DNA of 64,000 bases, taken from assembly GCA_964509675.1 (NCBI GenBank), contig CAZDXC010000001.1:115973-179972 (forward strand), written 5' to 3'. The DNA comes from Candidatus Woesearchaeota archaeon. Lineage in GTDB: Archaea > Nanobdellota > Nanobdellia > Pacearchaeales > GW2011-AR1. Shown here piece after piece: positions 17,677 through 24,957 of this stretch. The notes below the pieces were generated by a model. It did not search any database. It saw nothing but the letters and a program-made list of their open reading frames with translations, and had not been told where the DNA came from. The stretch's first letter is position 1; each line of letters starts with the position of its first letter. Made by a program: the position numbers and the translations under genes.

Positions 17677-20600
17677 TCGTATTTGTTTTTCAGTCCGAAT
17701 GTTGTGTGGATGTGCAATCCCTGAAGCTCTTCAAGCAGAAGCTTGAATGCATAAGACATTTCTACTGGCTCTATGTCTTCGCTCCCGCACATAGGACAGA
17801 TTAATTTATTCCTTGCGTTATCATCAATTCCAATGCTTCCGCATTTCATACATATTGGAAGAACAACTTTGTCTGAATCATATCTTTCTTTCAGCAATAA
17901 AGAAGAGCCATGGGCAACTAATGCTTCCTGTTCCATTTCTCCTAATCTTAATGCTCCTCCTCTTGCCCTTCCTTCTATCGGCTGTCTTGTTAATAATGCG
18001 ACTTTTCCAGAAGCTCTTCCATGCATCTTGTTTCCTACCATGTATTTCAGTTTCAGGTAATACAAATTTCCGACAAATATTTTTGCAGACATCCTCTTTC
18101 CTGTTATCCCGTTATACATTGTTTCTTTCCCGTCATACCTAAAACCAAGATTCCTCAATTGCTCTTCCAACTGCTTTTTTCCTATTCCTGAAAAGCTTGT
18201 CCCGTCCATAATTTCTCCGTTAAGGCTCCCTACTTTTCCTGCAATTAATTCTAACAAGTATCCAACAGTCATTCTGCTCGGCAATCCATGAGGATTAAAA
18301 ATTACATCAGGCCTTACTCCCCTTGAAGTGAAAGGTATATCTTCTTCAGGAACAATCATTCCAATAACTCCTTTTTGTCCATGAGATGTTGCAAACTTGT
18401 CTCCAAGTTCAGGAACTCTTTGGTCACGAGTTCTTACCTGAACTATCTTGTTTCCTTCTGAATCTTCTGTTATAAAAACACCATCTACAATTCCTTTTTC
18501 TTCCTGTCTCATCGTAATGCTTGACTCTTTTTTTGTTTTAATGGAAATTTCTCTTGCTTCTGACAAGAATTTTGGGGGAGACATTTTCCCAATCATAACT
18601 TCTCCCTCATCTACTTCTGCTTCAGGATAAATGATTCCATCACTTTCCAAATGTTTGTAACTTGCTTCTGTTCTGTATCCAGAAGCGTCTTTTTCGGGAA
18701 TAGCAATCTCATCTTTTAGCCCTCCTGCATAATTCATTTCTATTGCACTATAAGGACGGAAATAGAAACTTCTTCCAACACCCCTGTCCAAACTTCCCTT
18801 ATTAAATACAAGGGCATCTTCCATGTTATATCCCTCATAAGTCATGATTGCTACAACCAAATTTTGTCCTGCAGGATATGTATTAAGAGTATCATAAACA
18901 AAGCTTCTCACAATCGGTTTTTGGGGATATTGTAAAATACTTACATCAGTATCTAATCTACAAAGATAATTTGCAGAATAAAGTCCAAGTGCCTGTTTTT
19001 GTGTTTTGCTTCCTCTGTTGAGTCTTGAACTTTGGTCATGATTTCCATATGGAACCAAACTTGTAACAACTCCAAGCAAATCCATATTATCAATTTCAAG
19101 ATGGGTGCTCTCTGAAGTTAGTTCCTCCTCGTACAAGGCAACTAATGTGTTTTCTTCTTCGGCAGCATCTATATACTCTATTATTCCTTTATTCAACAAA
19201 TCATTCCATTTTAATTCACCCTGCTCAATTTGTATCTTGTGCTCATTTTTTAATCTCGAGATTCCGTTTTCTGAAATTATCAAAGGACGCAATACCCTTC
19301 CTGATTCTGTGGAAATTAAAACTGTCTTAAATCCTACATCACTTCTAACACTCATTTGTATGGGGAAATTTCCTTCACGTCTTTTTTCTCTTATTTTTTT
19401 TACAAATTCCTCTGGTTCTTTTGCATTTCCTATAAATCTTCCGTTAAAGAACACTTCTGCTCCTTCAAATCCTTCCCTTTCCATTCCAAGAGATTTCAAA
19501 TCCTTGAAAAATTTCTCATTATCAAGTTCTACTCTTGTTGAAATTTTGCTTAATATTGCAAGGTTTTTTCTTAAACCAATTTCAGTTCCTTCTGGCGTCT
19601 CTATCGGACAGAACCTTCCATAATGAGTCGGATGAAGAGTTCTTGCCAGAAAGTTTTCCTGATCAGAAGGAAGCATGCTTGAAACTCTCTGTAATTGAGA
19701 AATCATTGCAAGATAATTTGTCTTATCCATGTTTTGGGTTACCCCGCTTCTTTCTCCTGTCCAGCTTCCTGTTGCGATTGCAGATTCAACCCTGTGGGAA
19801 AATAAAGTTGATTTTGCTATAACACGGATAGAAAAGAATTTTTTTCTTTTTGATGATTTTTGAATTGAATACTGAATATCTCTTATCAAAATTCCGAGAT
19901 TAACTCTGAAAAGATTTGCCAATAAATCGCCTGAAAGCCTGACTCTTTTATTTGAATAATGATCTTTGTCTGTTCTTAGTTCAGGATTTTCTTTTGCAAT
20001 TAAAAATTGTTTTATGAGTTTGCAGATTGTTATTGCCTTGTTTATCCTGTCCTCTTTTTTTTGTCCTATATGGGGAAGCAAATAAGAATCCATTCTTTGC
20101 TTTATTCTGTCAAGAATTTCTTTTTTTGTCCCTTGGAGCCCTGTTTTTTCAGCAATAAACATCATGGCATCTTCTTTTGTTGCAATATCAACAAATTCAT
20201 ACAAATTAACAATAACAGAATCGGTTTCTTTTCCAATATATTTTGCAATATCAGATTCTTTTATTAATCCAAGAGATTTCAAAATGACTATTGCAGGCAA
20301 ATCTTTGAATCTGCTGAATGACAGTTCAATAATTCCTTCCTTGCTTTCCGAAATTGTGATAGGAATTCTGTATGTTCCTTTTAATGAAAATAATCTAAGG
20401 TTTAAGTTTCCCTTGCTGTTCACTTCAATGAATGGCTGGTTTTCAGCAAGGTCTTCTGCCATGACCATTACTCTTTCATTTCCATTTATTATGAAATATC
20501 CTCCTGGGTCTAGAGGGTCAGAATAATTTTCAATCAATTCTTCATCGCTCATTCCATGGGTGTTGCATGCCTTGCTCTTTACCATTATCGGAATTTTCCC

Positions 20601-20927
20601 GACTTCAACAGTCTCAGAATCAACTATGTCTCCTTTTTTCACTGTTATCTCAAGGGTTACAGGAGCAGAGTAAGTAAGATTTCTCAATCTTGCTTCATAA
20701 GGCATTATCAGGGAAGAACTTCCGTCGGCTTCAACGACTTTTGGTTTTTCAATTTTTACTTTCCCCAAGCTGATTTCAAATTCTTCATTATTCATACTTT
20801 CAGAAATTTCATTGACAATCTCCTGCATTCTGTGCTCTAAGAATTCATTGAAGGAAGTAATGTTAGATTCCACTAAAGAATGTTCTTCAAGATATTTTTT
20901 TATTACAAGATGATTGTCTTTTTTCAT
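17673..20927 (-). CDS. rpoB: DNA-directed RNA polymerase subunit B (unsplit B'+B'')
   Basis: A single 1084-aa ORF with Rpb2-family N-terminal, hybrid-binding and C-terminal Zn (CPMCGS) regions. Confidence 0.95.
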   Translation of the reverse strand: MKKDNHLVIKKYLEEHSLVESNITSFNEFLEHRMQEIVNEISESMNNEEFEISLGKVKIEKPKVVEADGSSSLIMPYEARLRNLTYSAPVTLEITVKKGDIVDSETVEVGKIPIMVKSKACNTHGMSDEELIENYSDPLDPGGYFIINGNERVMVMAEDLAENQPFIEVNSKGNLNLRLFSLKGTYRIPITISESKEGIIELSFSRFKDLPAIVILKSLGLIKESDIAKYIGKETDSVIVNLYEFVDIATKEDAMMFIAEKTGLQGTKKEILDRIKQRMDSYLLPHIGQKKEDRINKAITICKLIKQFLIAKENPELRTDKDHYSNKRVRLSGDLLANLFRVNLGILIRDIQYSIQKSSKRKKFFSIRVIAKSTLFSHRVESAIATGSWTGERSGVTQNMDKTNYLAMISQLQRVSSMLPSDQENFLARTLHPTHYGRFCPIETPEGTEIGLRKNLAILSKISTRVELDNEKFFKDLKSLGMEREGFEGAEVFFNGRFIGNAKEPEEFVKKIREKRREGNFPIQMSVRSDVGFKTVLISTESGRVLRPLIISENGISRLKNEHKIQIEQGELKWNDLLNKGIIEYIDAAEEENTLVALYEEELTSESTHLEIDNMDLLGVVTSLVPYGNHDQSSRLNRGSKTQKQALGLYSANYLCRLDTDVSILQYPQKPIVRSFVYDTLNTYPAGQNLVVAIMTYEGYNMEDALVFNKGSLDRGVGRSFYFRPYSAIEMNYAGGLKDEIAIPEKDASGYRTEASYKHLESDGIIYPEAEVDEGEVMIGKMSPPKFLSEAREISIKTKKESSITMRQEEKGIVDGVFITEDSEGNKIVQVRTRDQRVPELGDKFATSHGQKGVIGMIVPEEDIPFTSRGVRPDVIFNPHGLPSRMTVGYLLELIAGKVGSLNGEIMDGTSFSGIGKKQLEEQLRNLGFRYDGKETMYNGITGKRMSAKIFVGNLYYLKLKYMVGNKMHGRASGKVALLTRQPIEGRARGGALRLGEMEQEALVAHGSSLLLKERYDSDKVVLPICMKCGSIGIDDNARNKLICPMCGSEDIEPVEMSYAFKLLLEELQGLHIHTTFGLKNKYE

Positions 20928-21121
20928 TATACCACCACTCTGAAATAAACTCCTGATTTTCTTTCAATTTTGATTATGTCTCCGACATCGCAGTCTTCTG
21001 GCAAAGCCACATCTGTGGAAAGAATTTTTGGCAATTGTGCCTTAGAAATATTTAATCTATTTAATAATTCTTCAACTTCTTTTTCATTGAGTTTTGTGTG
21101 TTTGGGTTGGAGAACGTGCAT
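20927..21121 (-). CDS. rpoH: DNA-directed RNA polymerase subunit H (Rpb5 homolog)
   Basis: A 64-aa ORF starting HVLQPKHTKLNEKEVEELL and ending DIIKIER.S...YFRVVV, which is the Rpb5 C-domain pattern. It sits immediately upstream of rpoB and its stop/start is shared with rpoB at 20927. Confidence 0.8.
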   Translation of the reverse strand: MHVLQPKHTKLNEKEVEELLNRLNISKAQLPKILSTDVALPEDCDVGDIIKIERKSGVYFRVVV

Positions 21122-21296
21122 CTTATAGAGGATAAATTATTTACAATAAATGTTAAAGGAAATACTAAACTTTAACAACTTTGGAATAATAAAAAATAGC
21201 AAAATTTAGTTTTTAAATCTTTGGGTGTCTTTGCTTTGCACAATAAGTCGTTCCTGCACAAAAAGTCTTTAAATAATCGTTTAATCAGTATAATTT

Positions 21297-21437
21297 ATGG
21301 GAAAAACATATAGATGTCCTGATTGTGGAGCCACAGCATTTCATATAGAAGTAGATGAGGAAAATAGGGACAGAATGGTTATAAAATGTTGGTCTCCAAA
21401 GAAATGCAGCAGGACAATAATTGTAAAAGAAATCTGA
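21297..21437 (+). CDS. small C4 zinc-ribbon protein (46 aa), not in the ORF track
   Basis: Hand translation gives MGKTYRCPDCGATAFHIEVDEENRDRMVIKCWSPKKCSRTIIVKEI. It lies divergent from rpoH. Confidence 0.35.
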   Translation: MGKTYRCPDCGATAFHIEVDEENRDRMVIKCWSPKKCSRTIIVKEI

Positions 21438-21460
21438 TTTTATGCAAATCTGATATGGTA

Positions 21461-21596
21461 TGGCCCCGATGGGATTTGAACCCACGACACCTGGATCTCT
21501 TTGCCTATTGTAGTTTCTTTGAGCGCCGAATCTTTCTTTTCTAAAGAAAGTTGGGCATAAAAGTCCAGTGCTCTAACCAGACTGAGCTACGGAGCC
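21461..21596 (-). tRNA. tRNA-Lys(UUU) with a 61-nt intron at the canonical 37/38 position
   Basis: The 5' exon is GGCTCCGTAGCTCAGTCTGGTTAGAGCACTGGACTTTTA and the 3' exon is ATCCAGGTGTCGTGGGTTCAAATCCCATCGGGGCCA. The acceptor has seven pairs (one G-U), the D-stem is GCTC/GAGC, the anticodon stem is CTGGA/TCCAG, and the T-arm is GTGGG-TTCAAAT-CCCAT. CCA is not encoded. Confidence 0.75.
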
Positions 21597-21648
21597 GTTT
21601 CACGTCTCCTCACTGCTATGAAACCTACCCTTAAATTGGAAATTCCAT

Positions 21649-21661
21649 AGAGCTACGGAGC
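21649..21661 (-). repeat. 13-nt direct duplication of the tRNA-Lys 5' end (GGCTCCGTAGCTC), 66 nt upstream of the tRNA
   Basis: An identical 13-mer lies upstream of the tRNA gene, followed by TTTAAGGGTAGG, a plausible TATA-like box about 39 nt from the tRNA 5' end. Confidence 0.5.
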
Positions 21662-21708
21662 CTTAATTCACTAAGTAAATTTGTATTTAAAAAATCTTTG
21701 TATAAGAA

Positions 21709-22035
21709 TTAAACAAACTTTTTCAGCCTGTTTTCAAGTTCGTCTCCAGACATAGCTCCCACAAATTGTTCAATAGGTTTTCCGTCTTTTAGCAAAACAA
21801 AATTAGGAATTGAACTGATATTGAACTTTCTTGCAAGCAACTGATTATCTTCTACATTAACTTTGCCGAATTTTATTTTTTTTCCTAATTTCTCACTTAA
21901 TTCATCAATTACAGGAGCCATCATCAGGCAGGGCATGCACCATTCTGCAAAAAAATCTATGAAAACCATTCCCTTTTTAATGAATTCTTCAAATTCTTTG
22001 TCTGTCAATTCAGGAACATTATCATTATTTGTCAT
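21709..22035 (-). CDS. trxA: thioredoxin (non-canonical CMPC active site)
   Basis: FFAEWCMPCLMMAPV sits in a 108-aa thioredoxin-fold protein. Confidence 0.85.
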   Translation of the reverse strand: MTNNDNVPELTDKEFEEFIKKGMVFIDFFAEWCMPCLMMAPVIDELSEKLGKKIKFGKVNVEDNQLLARKFNISSIPNFVLLKDGKPIEQFVGAMSGDELENRLKKFV

Positions 22036-22068
22036 TTTCAGTGCCTCGCGATGCGTATGCGTAATCGC
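22036..22068 (-). promoter_or_regulatory. conserved GC-rich leader element (copy D) abutting the trx start codon
   Basis: Plus-strand TTTCAGTGCCTCGCGATGCGTATGCGTAATCGC carries the GCGAT/ATCGC inverted flanks around the core. Confidence 0.5.
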
Positions 22069-22162
22069 TTTGTCATTCTAGATTATCATAAAAATGATTT
22101 ATAAAAGTTTTGTTACAATATAAAATAAGAAGATTTAAATAATATCTATTTGGTTTTTCCCC

Positions 22163-23215
22163 ATGCTCAAAATAATGACAGAGTATGAAGTAAGGGAAGA
22201 ATTAAGAAAAGTAAAACCAAGAAAGCTTTCTTATTCTCCTTTTATACGTGCCAGAAATAAAAAAGTATATCCTGAATTAGACGGAGCTATTGAACATTTC
22301 TTTTCTGATTCCAGCATAAATGTGCCTTACTTTAGGGGTATTACAAAACTGCACAATTCTTTGTCATTTTCAGAAGACCCGCTTTTTATCAATCTTGTAA
22401 AAGAAAAAAGAGAAATACTTGATGTAATGAAAGAGATTAAGCGATTATATTTGAATGAAATCGTTAAATTTGACCTTCCTTTATTTAAACTCATTGAAGA
22501 GCATATGCATCCTTTAATAAGAATATTAGATACAAGGCTTTCTGCAGAAGAGTTTTACAGGCGTGCTAAATTAATCAAAGAGAATTTGCAAGAGGAAAAA
22601 AGAACAAAACTTGAAGATAGTGTTCTAAGTCCTGAAATTTATAAAAAAGAAGCAAGAACTCAGAAAGAAAGAGAATTATACAGACAAATATTTGCTAAAA
22701 AAACAAAAAAGAAATTCAGAAAGGTAAATAAATTAAATACTCAGAAATTGTTGTCAAGATATAATCAGTCAATAATAAATCAAATAAGATTAACTCCAAC
22801 TTTAAAAGAATGTGTTGAAAATCCTGATGCTTCCATTTACATCCCATTTATAAAAATAGGTATTAAAGAAGCAGGAGAGAAAGAAAATTCAGAGAAACTT
22901 TCAGTTATTTTTAGAAACAAAGATTCAGTAGCTTACAGAAATTTTATCAGCAAAATAAAAAGGCATTCATTTGTTCAGCAGGCAGTTTTAGACAACATGA
23001 TAGACAATTATTCTTCAGGAACAAAAAAACCGATTAAATTTGAAATAATGAACCTTGACTCAGATACATTAAAGGAAATAATTTCTTATTATAATATGGA
23101 TTCAAGGGCAGGAGATTTCATTATCAGTTTGCATAAAAATTATTCCCGTTCTTTAATCAATTTGATAAATGACTCATATAAAGAATTAATGAACGATAGA
23201 AATAGATGGAATTAA
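22163..23215 (+). CDS. hypothetical Lys-rich protein
   Basis: A 350-aa ORF with no recognisable motif. Confidence 0.4.
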   Translation: MLKIMTEYEVREELRKVKPRKLSYSPFIRARNKKVYPELDGAIEHFFSDSSINVPYFRGITKLHNSLSFSEDPLFINLVKEKREILDVMKEIKRLYLNEIVKFDLPLFKLIEEHMHPLIRILDTRLSAEEFYRRAKLIKENLQEEKRTKLEDSVLSPEIYKKEARTQKERELYRQIFAKKTKKKFRKVNKLNTQKLLSRYNQSIINQIRLTPTLKECVENPDASIYIPFIKIGIKEAGEKENSEKLSVIFRNKDSVAYRNFISKIKRHSFVQQAVLDNMIDNYSSGTKKPIKFEIMNLDSDTLKEIISYYNMDSRAGDFIISLHKNYSRSLINLINDSYKELMNDRNRWN

Positions 23216-23220
23216 ATTCT

Positions 23221-24894
23221 CTATCTTGAATTTCCGAGCATTTCATACTTTGTCTGTTTGTGCAATTCATTGTTATATTCTCTTAAATCAGTTATGTGCT
23301 TGCAGAAATTTCCTTCTGTGCAGAATCCAATATTGCATTTTGGTTCAAGAAAATATTTTATTTCAGGAACAGCACTTGCAATTAACTCTCTTTTTTTCCA
23401 TGATGCTGCATATCTTTCAGGCTCGCATGCCTTGCACAATCTAAGAGGCAATTCCAAATCAATTAAATTCACTAAATCATAAGTTTCTGATGTTCTTAGT
23501 TTTATATTCTTGGGAACAATATACAACGCATCTCTTTTCTCAAAACCTTCTTCAACAAGCCTTCCATAAAACATCAATTGTTTTGCAGTATGATATAAAT
23601 AAGGAGTTAATAGTTCTGGTTGTTTTTTTAATCTTTCATCTATTGAAATTACTTTTTCTAATTCCTGAAGAGAGCTGGCAGGAATATTTCTAAATCCCAA
23701 TGTCGGGAGGTCTAATTCCTTAACTTTTTTGTAGGCTCTGTCAACAGCAGAATAAACCGACTCTACATTTTGTCTCAATGTAGCATGTCTTTTTTGTTCG
23801 CTCCAGACTCTCCATGAAAGAGAATCAGCAATTTTTATCCTGACTGCATCATTGTATTCTCCGACAAAATCCCTCAATGAAAGCATACATTTCATTGATT
23901 CTTCTGTAAGTTTTTTTGGATTGGTTATTTTTCTTGTTTCTTCAAAATATTTTTCTAATCTATTTAATCCATTAATAAAACCATTTCCTCCGTCTTCTTT
24001 AATATCATTAACAGAAACAACCCTTGGTTCAAAAGGCATTCCTATTTTTTCTGCTATCTCCAGTGCAGAATTCTGAACAGAAGGATCTTTGAAAACAGTA
24101 TAATGAAAATAAGTATCTCTTGGAACTCTTGTCCTTTGCGAATACATTATTCCCATTCCTGCTTTTTCTGTTAAGTTTTCAAGCCTGTCTGCTAAATAAT
24201 GCAATTCTCTCGGAACAAAATTTCCGTTTGGATTTGCCTTATCTTGCTCAACTTCAAATTTTAATGTTGCTAAGGTATCAAGAGGCATGACAATAAACAA
24301 GTCTGCAGGATTATTGTAAGGAATTACTTTGTTGAATGTCTCAACTCCTGCAAGTTTCCCGAATTTTTCCTTGAAATCTTTTGCAGCATTAAAAACATCC
24401 CTTGAAATTTTTAAATATTCATTCAATAAATCCTCTCTTTTAAACAAGACTTTTGGAACAACAATTTCCTCTGTTGTTGTTTCTCTTCTTCTTGAACTCG
24501 TTGCCAAACTTCTTGAAACAACAAATCCTGTCAACCCAGAATCAATCATTTTTGTTCCATTAAGCCCTAAAACAATTCCGGCCAGGCCTCCGAGCGAATG
24601 TCCTCTTCCTATTCCTGTTGCTGTTTTTTTGAAAATTGTTTTCTTTAGCCCATGTTCATTTTCTATATCTTGTAAAATATCATTTTCCAGAGTGTTGAAA
24701 TTCATTCCTCCTGAAACCAAGGACTGCGCATAAGAAACTAATTCATCTCCTCCAAGGAAATCACGATTGAAAACCTGATAAAAATATTCTTTAAGTTCAG
24801 GATTTTTTATGCTGACTTTGGGATATACTCCAAGAACATTTGTCTTTAAATCTTCATCAGTAAGAAATCTCTTTCCTCTATATTCCCCTGTCAT
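23221..24894 (-). CDS. hypothetical protein with a C-terminal Cys cluster, adjacent to the RNR operon
   Basis: A 557-aa ORF with a Gly-rich segment (TGIGRGHSLGGLAGIVLG). Its C-terminus reads CKACEPERY...PKCNIGFCTEGNFCKH. Confidence 0.5.
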   Translation of the reverse strand: MTGEYRGKRFLTDEDLKTNVLGVYPKVSIKNPELKEYFYQVFNRDFLGGDELVSYAQSLVSGGMNFNTLENDILQDIENEHGLKKTIFKKTATGIGRGHSLGGLAGIVLGLNGTKMIDSGLTGFVVSRSLATSSRRRETTTEEIVVPKVLFKREDLLNEYLKISRDVFNAAKDFKEKFGKLAGVETFNKVIPYNNPADLFIVMPLDTLATLKFEVEQDKANPNGNFVPRELHYLADRLENLTEKAGMGIMYSQRTRVPRDTYFHYTVFKDPSVQNSALEIAEKIGMPFEPRVVSVNDIKEDGGNGFINGLNRLEKYFEETRKITNPKKLTEESMKCMLSLRDFVGEYNDAVRIKIADSLSWRVWSEQKRHATLRQNVESVYSAVDRAYKKVKELDLPTLGFRNIPASSLQELEKVISIDERLKKQPELLTPYLYHTAKQLMFYGRLVEEGFEKRDALYIVPKNIKLRTSETYDLVNLIDLELPLRLCKACEPERYAASWKKRELIASAVPEIKYFLEPKCNIGFCTEGNFCKHITDLREYNNELHKQTKYEMLGNSR

Positions 24895-24957
24895 CTTAGA
24901 TAAAAATTTTTTTATTTTATAAATAAAATTATACTCTGGAATATATTTTGAATTTTA

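Noticed and set aside
17524-17746. ORFs 17524..17724 and 17531..17746 across the rpoB-rpoA spacer.
   Set aside because: They are translations of the 35-bp tandem repeats (LAMRMRNVLFC x3), not coding sequence.
21285-21485. A 66-aa minus-strand ORF overlapping the tRNA-Lys 3' exon and the small zinc-ribbon gene.
   Set aside because: It overlaps a well-formed tRNA and an opposite-strand Cys4 ORF, and it has no motif.
23221-24894. The 557-aa protein next to the RNR interpreted as a duplicated ThyX.
   Set aside because: I considered this because of genomic context and an SQRTR segment, but the ThyX RHRx7S signature is absent.
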